Source: an uncultured candidatus Porisulfidus sp. (GTDB lineage Bacteria; Pseudomonadota; Gammaproteobacteria; Poriferisulfidales; Poriferisulfidaceae). Taken from it: a stretch of 64,000 nucleotides of DNA. The position numbers and the translations under genes are program-made. The DNA lies in the NCBI GenBank assembly GCA_965199755.1, contig CBDASZ010000001.1:320001-384000 (forward strand). Reading direction: 5' to 3'. The notes beneath the pieces are model-generated. The model did not search any database. It saw nothing but the letters and a program-made list of their open reading frames with translations, and was not told the DNA's origin. Position 1 is the stretch's first letter. Every line of letters starts with the position of its first letter. This document shows positions 51,360-62,299 of this stretch, piece by piece.

Positions 51360-52188
51360 AGCAGTCCCAACTCCGGCCCAGCGTGAAATTCCGCTGGCCA
51401 TGCTCAACGGTGAGGAAATCACGCAGTTGCCTGATGGGCTGTACATCCCGCCTGACGCACTGGAAGTGTTTCTGGATGAGTTCGAGGGGCCGCTCGACCT
51501 CTTGCTGTATCTGATCCGGCGACAAAACCTCGACATTCTGGATCTGCCGGTCGCCAAAATCACCGATCAGTACCTGCAGTACATCGCCTTGATGAACGAA
51601 CTGCAACTGGAACTGGCTTCTGAATATCTGGTGATGGCGGCCTTGCTGGCCGAGATCAAGTCCCGCTCCCTGTTGCCGCTGCCGCCAAGTGATGATGACG
51701 AAGAGGATTTGCGCGAGGAACTGATTCGCCGCCTGCAGGAATACGAGCGCTTCAAGAACGCGGCTAACGAACTCGATCAAGTGCCCAGACTGGAGCGCGA
51801 CATGTTCGACTTCACTCTGGAGGCCGCGGAGCTGGAAATTCCTCGTCCGCTGCCGCGTGTTGACGTGCACGAATTGCTCATGGCGCTGCAGTCCATGGAA
51901 CTGCGCGTGCAATTCAATCAAGCGCACCAGATTGAGACGGAGACCTTGTCGGTGCGGGATCGTATGTCCCAGGTTATGGAGCGTGTCACTCAGGACTCCG
52001 ACTGCGCCTTCCACCAGTTATACAGCTTGGAGGAAGGAAATATGGGAGTGGGCGTCACGCTGCTGGCGCTGCTCGAACTGCTGGCGCTGAACCTGATCGT
52101 GTGTGAACAGGAAGAAAATTACGGCCCGATCCGCATCCGCCGACAGGTCGGGGCAGAACCCCCGCAGGAAGTTGCAAGCCATGTCTGA
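51352..52188 (+). CDS. scpA: Segregation and condensation protein A
   Basis: FEGPLDLLLYLIR, EYLVMAALLAEIKSRSLLP. Confidence 0.95.
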   Translation: MTEAVPTPAQREIPLAMLNGEEITQLPDGLYIPPDALEVFLDEFEGPLDLLLYLIRRQNLDILDLPVAKITDQYLQYIALMNELQLELASEYLVMAALLAEIKSRSLLPLPPSDDDEEDLREELIRRLQEYERFKNAANELDQVPRLERDMFDFTLEAAELEIPRPLPRVDVHELLMALQSMELRVQFNQAHQIETETLSVRDRMSQVMERVTQDSDCAFHQLYSLEEGNMGVGVTLLALLELLALNLIVCEQEENYGPIRIRRQVGAEPPQEVASHV

Positions 52189-52795
52189 GTTCACCATCAA
52201 GGGAGCGGTGCAGGCCGCATTGCTGGTGGCGGACGCACCATTGTCGCTGGATGATTTGCGCAAGTTGTTCTCCGCATCGGAAGGCCCAGACACGGAGGAG
52301 TTGAAGGCCGCGCTTGCGGAACTGGAATCTGAATGCGCGTCATGCAGTTTCTCGCTGGTGCGCGTCGCCAGCGGTTGGCGTTATCAGGTGGATGCCGGAT
52401 ACGCGCAGATCATAGGACGTCTTTGGGAACGTCGCCCGCCGCGCTACTCAGCCGCCTTGCTGGAGACACTGGCCCTGATTGCATACCGTCAGCCGATTAC
52501 GCGCGGTGAGATTGAGCGTGTGCGCGGTGTGGCCTCCAGCACGCAGATCATGCAAACTTTGACCGAGCGCAACTGGGTGCGTATCGCTGGCTACAAGCAA
52601 ACCCCGGGACGCCCGGCACTGTACGCGACGACCAAGGACTTCCTTGATTATTTTGGCCTGAAAAACCTCAAAGAATTGCCGGCGCTGCCGGAGTTGCCGT
52701 CCCCGGAAGAAGCCGATCCGCAGTTGCCGATGCCAGGAATGGCTCCGCCACCGGATGTCGAGACGCCGGAGTCTGATACTGACGATGCCGCCTGA
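52181..52795 (+). CDS. scpB: Segregation and condensation protein B
   Basis: ETLALIAYRQPITRGEIERVRGV, PGRPALYATTKDFLDYFGL. Confidence 0.95.
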   Translation: MSEFTIKGAVQAALLVADAPLSLDDLRKLFSASEGPDTEELKAALAELESECASCSFSLVRVASGWRYQVDAGYAQIIGRLWERRPPRYSAALLETLALIAYRQPITRGEIERVRGVASSTQIMQTLTERNWVRIAGYKQTPGRPALYATTKDFLDYFGLKNLKELPALPELPSPEEADPQLPMPGMAPPPDVETPESDTDDAA

Positions 52796-53534
52796 GCCGG
52801 CCGACGCGCCGACGCGCATCCAAAAACTTGTTGCCGATGCCGGTCTGGCTTCGCGCCGTCAGGCGGAAGCCTGGATCGTGGCTGGTCGCGTGCTGTTAAA
52901 CGGCAAACCCGCCCGACCCGGCGATCGAGCCGGTGCGCAGGATGTAGTCACCGTTGACGGACAGCCGCTCCAGATTGCTGCCGCCGCATCCCGCCAGGTC
53001 GCGGCCTATCACAAGCCCCGCGGCCAGGTGACGACGCGCTCTGATGAGCAGGGCCGCCCCACGGTGTTCTCCGCCTTGCCGTCGGTCGCACAAGGCCGCT
53101 GGATCAGCGTCGGCCGTCTGGACTTGCAGACTTCAGGATTGTTGCTGATGACCACGGACGGTGCGTTGGCCAACCGTCTGATGCACCCAAGCAGTCAGAT
53201 TCAGCGCCGCTATCAGGTACGTGTGCGCGGTGTGGCGAGTCGGGAGCAATTGCAGCGTCTGGAGCTTGGGGTGCGACTCGACGATGGCAAAGCCTGTTTT
53301 GAGTACGTGCGTCCCGGCTCAGGTCAGGGGGTGAATCGCTGGTATGAAGTGGCGTTGCGCGAGGGGCGCAATCGAGAAGTGCGCCGCCTGTGGCAGGCGG
53401 TCGGACTTGAAGTCAGCCGTCTGATCCGAATCGGCTACGGTCCGATAGCACTGGACCGCACACAACGTGCGGGAGAATTGCGTTGGCTGTCGGATCGAGA
53501 GATTCGCGCGCTTGAGCGCGCCTGCGCGGCGTGA
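52785..53534 (+). CDS. rluB: 23S rRNA pseudouridine synthase
   Basis: S4 domain RIQKLVADAGLASRR, VGRLDLQTSGLLL, EGRNREVRR; follows scpAB. Confidence 0.9.
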   Translation: MPPEPADAPTRIQKLVADAGLASRRQAEAWIVAGRVLLNGKPARPGDRAGAQDVVTVDGQPLQIAAAASRQVAAYHKPRGQVTTRSDEQGRPTVFSALPSVAQGRWISVGRLDLQTSGLLLMTTDGALANRLMHPSSQIQRRYQVRVRGVASREQLQRLELGVRLDDGKACFEYVRPGSGQGVNRWYEVALREGRNREVRRLWQAVGLEVSRLIRIGYGPIALDRTQRAGELRWLSDREIRALERACAA

Positions 53535-53538
53535 CGAC

Positions 53539-56500
53539 TTAAAAACTCCACGTCATGCCGAGTTTGAAGCGCCGTCCTTTGGGATCATGCGTGAGGCCGT
53601 CATAGCCGCTCTCCAGATTGATCCGTGGCGGTCTCTCATCGGTCACATTCAACAGACTCAGGACCAAGGCGATATCTTGTTCCGGCATGCGCCACATAAA
53701 CGTCGCATCCCACGTGATGTGACTTTCAATATGCGGAGCGTACTGGCCGCCGGGTTCGTCATACGATGAAATGTAATTGAAGTGGTTCGACAGGATATAG
53801 TTGCCCCAGCCATAACTCAGTCCCAGCGACCCCTTCCATTCGGGGAGGGCGACGGCCAGAGGGTGGCCGAAATTCAAGCGGCCAGCACCGTCGCGCGCAG
53901 GCTCCATCTCAATGCCATTGAGGGAGAACGCCTTGACGTCATAGTCGATGGTATAGGTGAAATCCAAAGTCGCATTCAACGTGCCGGGCTCAATGTCAAA
54001 CGCCCCGGTCCAGCGAAAATCCACACCGGAAGTCTCCAGTCCCGGCCAGTTGACCAGCGGCACCACCATGCGCGTCATGTCTACAGCCGCGCAGGGTTCC
54101 TCACCTCGCGCCACAATGTCCGATCCCCGCCCGCCCGGACACACCACGTATTCGGCGACTGAATTGCGGACGGCGGCATCGCGGCTGGCGTAGATTCCGG
54201 CGATGCTGGCGTAGGGTGCTGAGGCGATCACATCGTCAAATTCGTATTTCCAGTAATCCACTGTGATATTGTGTCCGTCCTCGGTCTCCACGATCAGCCC
54301 GAAGTTGTAGGTCAACGCTTCTTCAGGCTCCAGACCGCTGCTGCCAATCCGATCCACCGCGATGTAGCCGCCGGTCGGGGCCACCCACTCCAGAGTCGTC
54401 AGCGGATTTTCGTTGATATCGTCCACCGACGGGGTGCGGAAGGTGGTCTGCACCGAGCCGCGCAGTGTCAGCGCGTCGGTGGCACGCCACAGCACCGCCA
54501 GCCGCGGATCAAAACTGCTGTTCTCCTTGTAGTCTTCATAGTTCGCGGCCAACTGGATGTCCCAGTCCTCCCCCCAGCTGAACGCCACCTCGCCGTAGGC
54601 GCGGTTGGCCGTATGGTGGACATCGTAACCCGCGTACAGACTGCTGAAAATGTATGGTCCTATCTGATCCTTTTGGAACCCTTCCTGATAGCCATCCTCG
54701 CCGGGTATGCAGCTGCGGTCGAAGCGCACCGGGCAGGGGTGCACCTCAATATTGCCTTCGGTATTGGGTGTTGCGCGCGCTTCAAAGCGACGCCATTGAT
54801 AACCCAGAGCATAACTGGCGATGCCAGGAATCCATTCTTCACTGAGCGTGAAGTCAAACACCAGCAGATCTGCTTCGCTCTCCAGATTTGCCAATCCGCT
54901 ATTCAGCCAGTTGAGCATCTCCGGCGAGTTCGCCAGTTCCGGGCGGAAGGTCGGATTCGCATTGTTTCTGAACTCCGCACCGGGCTGTGCTGAAAACTGT
55001 GAAGAATTGCTAAACGGGTTGTAATACTCACAGTTGCCTTCCCCCGGCCTCAAGCCCATCGGATTGTCCACGCGCATCTTGGCCGCTAGACCGTAGTCGG
55101 CCGTCACCCCTACGCCACAGTCCGGCCCGCCGAAGCCGCGATAGGCGAGAAACAGCCTCTCGGTGTACACGCCCGGTGAATTGATGTTGCCGCGCGAGTG
55201 CGAGTAATTCAGGCCTAGGTCGTATTGGTATTCGGAATCTCCGAGTTCAAATATCCCATCCAGTGATCCAGCCAGCCGCCAAGTGCGCATCTCACGCTCG
55301 GCTGTAGTGCCGGTGCCCTGATTGCCAACCGGGCGACCGCGGAAATACCAGGGATGGGCTTCAGCGCAATCGGCAACATCAGGATAGTCCGCGCAAAAGG
55401 CCAGTCTTCCCGGATGGTCCGCGCCGACCTCCATGACGTTGGAGGACAGCAGTACGAAGGGCGGAAAGGTCGGGCTGGTCAGATACTTCGGCACCTCGGA
55501 GCGAGCCCACAAGGCTTCCAGATGCCAGGTGCCCGAATCGCCCCAGTCACCGTTGAGTTCTCCGAATAGCCGCGTATAGCGGGTGTCAGGGATCACGTTG
55601 TCAAATGGCTGATACCGGAACCGGCAGGTCCAGGGTTCCTGGTAGCCGCCAAACTCTTCGCATAACGGGTCCTGAATGATGACGCCGGGTTTTCGTGCGC
55701 CCATGCTGTCCGTAGGATAAAACACGCCGGGGTTGCCGACACTCGACCAGCCGCCGCGCTGATCCCCACCTTCCCAAGGCATCAAAAGATGACCGCGCTC
55801 TTCCATGGACAATTGTGTGCGGTGTTCGTACTCTGCGCTCAGTACGGCATGCGCCTCGCCGAGGCTGCCGCCCCAAATGCCGCCCAGAATGGTGTTGCCG
55901 GCACCCGATATCGCATCGTGTGATGCCGACAGATCGAATCCTTCAAAGTCGTCGCGCGTGACGAAATTGACCACGCCGCTGACCGCGTCCGAGCCGTAAA
56001 TCGCCGCGGCTCCCTCCTTGAGAATATCCACCTGCTTGATCGCCGTGGTCGGAATATGGTTGGTGTCGACAAAGCGCCCGCCGATCAGACGCGCCGGCAG
56101 ATACACTTGCCGCCGGCCGTTCAAAAGCACCAGCGTTCGGGACGCCCCGAGCCCGCGCAGATTGACATTACCGACGCTGGTTCCAATCGTATTGGCCTGA
56201 CCTGAGTTGAAATAACTGTTGACATCGCCGACCACGCCATGACTGGCCCCGATGCTCTTGAATAAATCGTTGAGCACCGGAAACCCCCGATCCTCCAGCG
56301 AGGAGCGGTTCATGGAGGTCAAGGCGTACGCGGAGTCAATCGGTGTCCCCTTGATGGAGGTGCCGGTCACCGTGATCTCTTCGGTAGCCTCTTGTTCTGA
56401 TAGGGCCAGATTCGGGAGCATCAGTCCCAGCACTGCTGACAACAGCAGGGTTGCGGGTACTTTCTGGCGGCGGATTTGCGCACCTCTTGGCGACGCAGCG

Positions 56501-56544
56501 AGTGGGTGCCGTATGTTCAAAAATTTGAGCGATTTATGCTGCAT
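53539..56544 (-). CDS. TonB-dependent receptor (Cys-rich loops)
   Basis: EEITVTGT TonB box, NLRGLGASRTLVLLNGRR, GAAAIYGSDAVSGVVNF, terminal WSF; start uncertain. Confidence 0.92.
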   Translation of the reverse strand: MQHKSLKFLNIRHPLAASPRGAQIRRQKVPATLLLSAVLGLMLPNLALSEQEATEEITVTGTSIKGTPIDSAYALTSMNRSSLEDRGFPVLNDLFKSIGASHGVVGDVNSYFNSGQANTIGTSVGNVNLRGLGASRTLVLLNGRRQVYLPARLIGGRFVDTNHIPTTAIKQVDILKEGAAAIYGSDAVSGVVNFVTRDDFEGFDLSASHDAISGAGNTILGGIWGGSLGEAHAVLSAEYEHRTQLSMEERGHLLMPWEGGDQRGGWSSVGNPGVFYPTDSMGARKPGVIIQDPLCEEFGGYQEPWTCRFRYQPFDNVIPDTRYTRLFGELNGDWGDSGTWHLEALWARSEVPKYLTSPTFPPFVLLSSNVMEVGADHPGRLAFCADYPDVADCAEAHPWYFRGRPVGNQGTGTTAEREMRTWRLAGSLDGIFELGDSEYQYDLGLNYSHSRGNINSPGVYTERLFLAYRGFGGPDCGVGVTADYGLAAKMRVDNPMGLRPGEGNCEYYNPFSNSSQFSAQPGAEFRNNANPTFRPELANSPEMLNWLNSGLANLESEADLLVFDFTLSEEWIPGIASYALGYQWRRFEARATPNTEGNIEVHPCPVRFDRSCIPGEDGYQEGFQKDQIGPYIFSSLYAGYDVHHTANRAYGEVAFSWGEDWDIQLAANYEDYKENSSFDPRLAVLWRATDALTLRGSVQTTFRTPSVDDINENPLTTLEWVAPTGGYIAVDRIGSSGLEPEEALTYNFGLIVETEDGHNITVDYWKYEFDDVIASAPYASIAGIYASRDAAVRNSVAEYVVCPGGRGSDIVARGEEPCAAVDMTRMVVPLVNWPGLETSGVDFRWTGAFDIEPGTLNATLDFTYTIDYDVKAFSLNGIEMEPARDGAGRLNFGHPLAVALPEWKGSLGLSYGWGNYILSNHFNYISSYDEPGGQYAPHIESHITWDATFMWRMPEQDIALVLSLLNVTDERPPRINLESGYDGLTHDPKGRRFKLGMTWSF

Positions 56545-56589
56545 CTCGACTGTGCCAGCATGGATTTTATACTAGTCCGTCCAGCCGCC

Positions 56590-57201
56590 TTACATTCCGT
56601 GCACTTGCGCATGACAGGGTCGCGCCTCCGTGTACGGCTCCACCTGCTCAGGATTCTCTAAAATCCGCTGCAACTGCGCTGCGGCCGCCTCAAAATCATC
56701 GTTCATCACACAGTGCTCGAAGTCGCCGCAATGCCGGATCTCATCGCGCGCCTCACCCAGACGCCGTTGAATTACCTCCGAACTGTCGGTGCCGCGCCCA
56801 CGCAGGCGCTGCTCCAGCGTGTCAATTGAGGGCGGCAGGATAAAGATACTGATCGCCTCCGGCATTTGTGCGCGCACCAACTGCGCGCCTTGCCAGTCAA
56901 TTTCCAGAATCACGCTGCGCCCGGCCTCGGTATGCCGCGCCACTTCCGTACGAGAAGTTCCGTAGTGGTATCCAAACACTTCCGCGTGCTCCCAAAACGC
57001 ATCGCGCGCAATCAGATCCGCGAATTCCTCTCGCGACACAAAGTAATAGTCCACGCCTTCCTCATCGCCCGGACGCTTCGTCCGCGTGGTGTGCGAGACA
57101 CTCACCGCCAGTTGCGCATTGCGCCGCAGCATCTCTCGTACCAGCGAGGTCTTGCCGGCACCCGAAGGTGCCGTGATGATGAATAGACGGCCCTCAGGCA
57201 T
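56590..57201 (-). CDS. gmk: Guanylate kinase
   Basis: APSGAGKTSL, SVSHTTR, YGTS, LEIDWQGA. Confidence 0.96.
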   Translation of the reverse strand: MPEGRLFIITAPSGAGKTSLVREMLRRNAQLAVSVSHTTRTKRPGDEEGVDYYFVSREEFADLIARDAFWEHAEVFGYHYGTSRTEVARHTEAGRSVILEIDWQGAQLVRAQMPEAISIFILPPSIDTLEQRLRGRGTDSSEVIQRRLGEARDEIRHCGDFEHCVMNDDFEAAAAQLQRILENPEQVEPYTEARPCHAQVHGM

Positions 57202-58066
57202 CCCGCTTGGGCTCCTGATCCGTGCGTTCCTCGTCCTCAATGGCGTCCAGCTCCTGATCCATTTCTTCCGCTGACATGGGCCGAAAGCGCGCTTCCTCGG
57301 TCTCTTCTTCTGTCTGCTCCTGCACGCGCATCCGCACCAGCGTGGAGAACACAATGCCCGCTTCATACAGCAGCCAGACCGGCACGGCGAGCAGCGTTTG
57401 TGAGATCACGTCCGGTGGCGTCAGCAGCATGCCGATGACGAACGCGGCGACGATCACGTAAGGGCGAATTTCACGCAGACGCTTCGGTGTAGTGGTGCCC
57501 GTCACCACCAGCGCGACGGTGACAATTGGTACCTCAAAAGCCAGCCCAAACGCGATGAACAACTTCACCACAAAATCCAGAAAGCGATTGATGTCGGTCA
57601 TCACAGCGACGCCTTCCGGAGCGGTACTGACAAAAAACCCGAACACCAGCGGAAACACTACTGCGTAGGCGAACACCATGCCCAGATAAAACAGCACAAT
57701 GCTGGAGAACAGCACCGGTGCTGCGAGACGCTTCTCATGGCGATACAGTCCCGGCGCGGCGAATGACCACAACTGATACAGGGTATACGGGATGGTCAGC
57801 ACAATCGCCGCAAGCAGCGTCAGTTTGAACGGCGCGAGAAACGGGGAGGCGACATCGATCGCTACCATCGAATGACCCTCAGGCAGGCTGTCGAGCAGCG
57901 GCGTGGCGAGCCACGAATACAACTCATTGGCGAACGGCAAAAGGCACCCCAGCGCGATGCCGATCACCAGCACTGCCCGCAACAGCCGGTCGCGCAACTC
58001 GACCAGATGACTCAGAAAAGAGCTCTCCGGCTCAGTCGGATTGCGATCGGGTGCGTCCGTGCTCAT
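57194..58066 (-). CDS. tatC: Twin-arginine translocase TatC
   Basis: HLVELRDRL, FAAPGLYRHE, FGLAFEVP, TPPDVISQ. Confidence 0.96.
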   Translation of the reverse strand: MSTDAPDRNPTEPESSFLSHLVELRDRLLRAVLVIGIALGCLLPFANELYSWLATPLLDSLPEGHSMVAIDVASPFLAPFKLTLLAAIVLTIPYTLYQLWSFAAPGLYRHEKRLAAPVLFSSIVLFYLGMVFAYAVVFPLVFGFFVSTAPEGVAVMTDINRFLDFVVKLFIAFGLAFEVPIVTVALVVTGTTTPKRLREIRPYVIVAAFVIGMLLTPPDVISQTLLAVPVWLLYEAGIVFSTLVRMRVQEQTEEETEEARFRPMSAEEMDQELDAIEDEERTDQEPKRDA

Positions 58067-58388
58067 CTTCAGGTGTGGCGCCTGTGTCCGTCTGCGCGCT
58101 TTCTTCCAGTTGTCGTTCAATCGCACCGACCACCGGATCGGAGGCCCCGGATTCCTGCACGATGTCGCGCAACTCCTCGATTTGATTCTGCTGCTCGCGC
58201 AGCACTTCGCGCAATTCCTCGGTTTGTGCTTCCTGCTCGATGTTCTGGCGCAGCTGGTGGATCATGGAGCGCATCTTGCCAATCCAGGAGCCGACTTGAG
58301 AGGCTAGGCGTGGCAAGCGCTGCGGGCCGACCACGACAAGCGCGACCAGCATCACCAGGATCAATTCCCAGAAGCCGAAGTCGAACAT
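58032..58388 (-). CDS. tatB: Twin-arginine translocase TatB
   Basis: MFDFGFWELILV..LVVVGPQRLP. Confidence 0.95.
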   Translation of the reverse strand: MFDFGFWELILVMLVALVVVGPQRLPRLASQVGSWIGKMRSMIHQLRQNIEQEAQTEELREVLREQQNQIEELRDIVQESGASDPVVGAIERQLEESAQTDTGATPEDEHGRTRSQSD

Positions 58389-58412
58389 AACGCAATGCCC
58401 GAGGGCAGGGGG

Positions 58413-58622
58413 TCAGGAATCGGTAGAACTCTTCGGAGTCTTGGATTCGGATTCGTCTTGCGCTTCCGGCTCCGATTCGGATTGCTCGGAACGCTGCATG
58501 GACTGCTTGAAATTGCGGATCGCGCCGCCGAGATCACCGCCAAGACTGCGCAGCCGCTTGGTGCCAAACAGCAACAGCACAATGGCCAGCACAATCAGGA
58601 GTTGCCAGATACTAATGCCCAT
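58413..58622 (-). CDS. tatA: Twin-arginine translocase TatA
   Basis: [29 protein letters not shown]. Confidence 0.96.
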   Translation of the reverse strand: MGISIWQLLIVLAIVLLLFGTKRLRSLGGDLGGAIRNFKQSMQRSEQSESEPEAQDESESKTPKSSTDS

Positions 58623-58671
58623 AAGAGGTGGCTCCGATGCAATCCATTAGAGTTCGCATTGTACCGCAGGG

Positions 58672-58998
58672 CTACTCGCCGCGCCGTGCCTTTTCTTCCA
58701 GCCCGGAGGTGCCGAAGCGCTGCTGCAGCTCCGCCGCGATGTCTTCCACTGTCAATCCGCGATGCGCCAGCAGCACCAAAGTGTGAAACCACAGGTCGGC
58801 GACTTCATGGCGCAACTGTGCCGCATCACTATCTGCCGCCTGCACCACTTCTTCGGCTTCCTCGAGAATTTTGGCATTGATCGCGGGCAGGCCGTCGCGG
58901 TGCAGCCGCGCCACGTAAGACTGCTCCGGGTCCGCATCACGGCGCTCGCGAAGCACCGTCATCAACTGCTCTAGGATCTCGGTGGTGGATATGCTCAT
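58672..58998 (-). CDS. hisE: Phosphoribosyl-ATP pyrophosphatase
   Basis: [32 protein letters not shown]. Confidence 0.93.
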   Translation of the reverse strand: MSISTTEILEQLMTVLRERRDADPEQSYVARLHRDGLPAINAKILEEAEEVVQAADSDAAQLRHEVADLWFHTLVLLAHRGLTVEDIAAELQQRFGTSGLEEKARRGE

Positions 58999-59774
58999 GA
59001 GTCCAGCCTCATTTCAATGCCGCAGCCGTGCAGGTGTTCCTTGGCCTCGCGGATGGTGTGTTCCTGAAAATGAAAGATACTCGCCGCCAGCACCGCGTCC
59101 GCGCCGCCTTCCGTCACCCCGTCGGCCAGATGCTGCAGGGTGCCGACTCCGCCGGAAGCAATCACTGGAATGCGCACCGCCTCGCTGATGGTGCGCGTCA
59201 ATTCCAGATCAAAGCCCTCGCGGGTGCCATCTCGATCCATGCTGGTCAGCAGGATTTCGCCGGCCCCGTAGGCTTCCATGCGCTCGGCCCATTCCAGCGC
59301 ATCCAGTCCGGTGTCCTTGCGCCCGCCATGTGTGAAAATGTCCCAGCGCGCAGGTTCTCCCGGCTTGCTGACCCGCTTGGCGTCAATCGCGACCACGATG
59401 CACTGGTTGCCGACCGCGTCACTGGCCTCGCGCACAAACTCCGGGTGCGCCACCGCCGCGGTGTTGATCCCGACCTTGTCAGCGCCGGCGCGCAGCAGGG
59501 TGCGAATGTTGTCTACGGTGCGCACGCCGCCGCCTACCGTGAGCGGTATAAATACCTGTTCAGCCACCTGTTCGACCATGCGCAGCGTGGTGTTGCGCTC
59601 GTGGTGGCTGGCGGTGATGTCAAGAAACGTGATTTCATCCGCGCCTTCGAGATCGTAGCGCCGCGCGATCTCCACCGGATCACCGGCATCGCGGATGTCA
59701 ACGAACTTGACGCCCTTGACGACCCGGCCCGCATCGACGTCCAGACAGGGGATGATGCGTTTGGCCAGACCCAT
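58995..59774 (-). CDS. hisF: Imidazole glycerol phosphate synthase, cyclase subunit
   Basis: [29 protein letters not shown]. Confidence 0.98.
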   Translation of the reverse strand: MGLAKRIIPCLDVDAGRVVKGVKFVDIRDAGDPVEIARRYDLEGADEITFLDITASHHERNTTLRMVEQVAEQVFIPLTVGGGVRTVDNIRTLLRAGADKVGINTAAVAHPEFVREASDAVGNQCIVVAIDAKRVSKPGEPARWDIFTHGGRKDTGLDALEWAERMEAYGAGEILLTSMDRDGTREGFDLELTRTISEAVRIPVIASGGVGTLQHLADGVTEGGADAVLAASIFHFQEHTIREAKEHLHGCGIEMRLDS

Positions 59775-60502
59775 CAGTCTTGTGTCAGGGCGATCGCCTC
59801 GCGCAAATCAATACGCTGCTCATACAGAGCACGCCCAATAATGGCACCGCTGATGCCTTCATCAGAGACCCGCTGCAGCGCTTCGATATCCTGCAACTCG
59901 GTGATGCCGCCAGAGGCGATGACCGGCACCGGAATCGCGCGCGCCAGTTCCGCTGTGGAATCGACATTGCTGCCCTGCATCATGCCATCGCGGCTGATGT
60001 CGGTGTAGACAATAGCCGCCACGCCTTCTTGCGCCAACTGTTCCGCCAGATCAATGACGTTGTGGTGCGACAACTTGGACCAGCCGTCAGTGGCGACCTT
60101 GCCGTCCTTCGCGTCCAGCCCAATGATGATGTGGCCGGGGAACTCCAGACACAACTCCTCGACATAGTGCGGCTCGCGCACCGCGCGGGTGCCCATCACG
60201 GCGTAGTGCACGCCGATGTCGAGGTAGGTCTGAATGGCGTCATCGGTGCGGATGCCGCCGCCGACTTGAATGTCAATGTTGGGCTGGCTGTTGACGATTT
60301 GCGCGATGATCCGCTGATTGACCGGAGTGCCGGCGGCGGCACCGTCAAGATCGACCAGATGCAGGCGCTTCGCGCCCTGACTGACCCAGTGATCGGCCAT
60401 GCCGACCGGGTCGTCAGAGAACACGGTCTCATCGTCCATACGGCCCTGGCGCAGGCGTACGCACAGGCCGTTCTTGATATCGATGGCGGGGATGATTTGC
60501 AT
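59774..60502 (-). CDS. hisA: ProFAR isomerase
   Basis: [32 protein letters not shown]. Confidence 0.97.
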   Translation of the reverse strand: MQIIPAIDIKNGLCVRLRQGRMDDETVFSDDPVGMADHWVSQGAKRLHLVDLDGAAAGTPVNQRIIAQIVNSQPNIDIQVGGGIRTDDAIQTYLDIGVHYAVMGTRAVREPHYVEELCLEFPGHIIIGLDAKDGKVATDGWSKLSHHNVIDLAEQLAQEGVAAIVYTDISRDGMMQGSNVDSTAELARAIPVPVIASGGITELQDIEALQRVSDEGISGAIIGRALYEQRIDLREAIALTQD

Positions 60503-60522
60503 GTGGGTCTCGCAATGCATGA

Positions 60523-61161
60523 CTAGTGCTGCCCGTCCCAGTTGAGGAAGTTGCGCATCAGGCGCAGTCCGTGCTGACCGCTTTTCTCCGGGTGCGCCTG
60601 AATGGCGAACGCCGGGCCGCGCGCCAGCGCGGCAGTGAAGGGTACCGCATAGTCGCTCTGCCCGATCGTGATGTCATCGTCCTTGGGCGCGGTGTAGTAA
60701 CTGTGCACAAAGTAGAAGCGGCTGCCGTCAGGGATGCCTTCCCAAAGCGGGTGCGGGCGCTGGCGGATGCCGTTCCAGCCCATGTGTGGAATCTTCACAG
60801 AGGCGTCATCTTGCACGTGCGGCGCGAACGCGCGGACCTCGCCAGCGAACAGCCCAAGGCCGTCGACGCCGTCATTTTCCTCGCTGCGTTCCATCAGCAC
60901 TTGCATGCCCATGCAGATGCCCAGAAACGGGCGCTCACGCGCCGCATCCGCAACCGCGCCAAGCAAATTCTTGTCTCGCAGAGATTGCATGCAGTGTCGC
61001 GCCGCGCCTTGTCCGGGAAACACCACGCGATCGGCGTCTTCCACCATCTGCGGCTCGGTGGCAATTCGAATGTCAAGTTCCGGGCTCGCCAGTGAGTGCA
61101 GTGCGTTATGCACGGAGCGTAAATTGCCGAAATTGAAGTCGACAATGGCAACAGTCTGCAT
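60523..61161 (-). CDS. hisH: Imidazole glycerol phosphate synthase, glutaminase subunit
   Basis: GNLRSV, PGQG, GICMGMQ, PHMGWN, YFVHSY, HPEKS. Confidence 0.97.
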   Translation of the reverse strand: MQTVAIVDFNFGNLRSVHNALHSLASPELDIRIATEPQMVEDADRVVFPGQGAARHCMQSLRDKNLLGAVADAARERPFLGICMGMQVLMERSEENDGVDGLGLFAGEVRAFAPHVQDDASVKIPHMGWNGIRQRPHPLWEGIPDGSRFYFVHSYYTAPKDDDITIGQSDYAVPFTAALARGPAFAIQAHPEKSGQHGLRLMRNFLNWDGQH

Positions 61162-61176
61162 GGTCCACCCGACGTG

Positions 61177-61767
61177 CTAGAGCACGCCTTTCGTGGATGG
61201 TGTACCGCTTTCCTTCGAGTCGAGCTCGGCGGCCATGCGAAGTGCGCGTCCAAACGCCTTGAAGATGGTCTCGGCGATGTGATGCGCGTTGCTGCCGCGC
61301 AGGGCATCAATATGCAGGGTCGTCATGGCATGGTTGGAGAAGCCCTGAAAGAACTCGTGCACCAGATCCACATCAAAGTCATGGATGCGCGCGCGTGGGT
61401 ACTGCGCGTGGTACTCCAGGCCGGGACGGCCGGAGAAATCAAGCACCACACGGGACAGTGCTTCATCAAGCGGCACGTAGGCGTGGCCGTAGCGGCGGAT
61501 CGCGGTCTTGTCGCCGAGCGCCTGACGCACGGCTTGCCCGAGCACAATACCAATGTCTTCGACCGTGTGGTGGGCGTCCACAGACAAGTCGCCTTCGGCC
61601 TCCAGCGTCAGGTCCAGCATGCCGTGGCGGCTGACCTGTTCGAGCATGTGCTCCAGAAACGGTAGTCCGGTCTTCAGTTTCGAGACGCCACTGCCGTCCA
61701 GATTGATTTCCAGATCAATCCGGGTTTCACGGGTTTCGCGTTGAATACGGGCGGTGCGGGCACTCAT
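61177..61767 (-). CDS. hisB: Imidazoleglycerol-phosphate dehydratase
   Basis: [26 protein letters not shown]. Confidence 0.97.
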   Translation of the reverse strand: MSARTARIQRETRETRIDLEINLDGSGVSKLKTGLPFLEHMLEQVSRHGMLDLTLEAEGDLSVDAHHTVEDIGIVLGQAVRQALGDKTAIRRYGHAYVPLDEALSRVVLDFSGRPGLEYHAQYPRARIHDFDVDLVHEFFQGFSNHAMTTLHIDALRGSNAHHIAETIFKAFGRALRMAAELDSKESGTPSTKGVL

Positions 61768-61814
61768 GGCGTGAGTGGCGGTGGGCGTGTGCGTCTATTG
61801 TACCGTCTGAGGTC

Positions 61815-62252
61815 TCAACTGCTCAACACAAAACTGACTGGCCCGTCGTTGACGAGATGAACGTGCATGTCGGAGCCGAATTGTCCGGCAGCGACCTCCT
61901 TGTGCTGATCGCGGCATTCTGAAAGCAGTTCCATGAATAACAACTTGGCCTCATCAGGCGGTGCCGCGCTGCTGAAACTTGCGCGCAGGCCGCGATTGGT
62001 ATCGGCGGCCAGCGTAAACTGTGGCACCAGCAGCAAGCCGCCGCCGGTGTCAAGTAGCGACAGGTTCATGCGATTCTTGGAGTCGCCGAACAGGCGATAG
62101 TTGAGCAGCCGCATGCACATGCGCTGGATATCCTCTGAAGTATCTTCCCGATGAAAGCCGACCAGTGCCAGAATACCGGCATCAATAGTGGCGATGGTGT
62201 GATCGTCAACGGTCACGCGCGCTTTGGTCACGCGCTGCAGCAGGGCAAGCAT
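61815..62252 (-). CDS. dtd: D-aminoacyl-tRNA deacylase
   Basis: LLQRV, QFTLAAD, GQFGSDM.V.LVNDGPV. Confidence 0.95.
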   Translation of the reverse strand: MLALLQRVTKARVTVDDHTIATIDAGILALVGFHREDTSEDIQRMCMRLLNYRLFGDSKNRMNLSLLDTGGGLLLVPQFTLAADTNRGLRASFSSAAPPDEAKLLFMELLSECRDQHKEVAAGQFGSDMHVHLVNDGPVSFVLSS

Positions 62253-62299
62253 AGGCGATAAATCGTTGTAATAGGCATTGACTATAATGCCAGAGTCGC

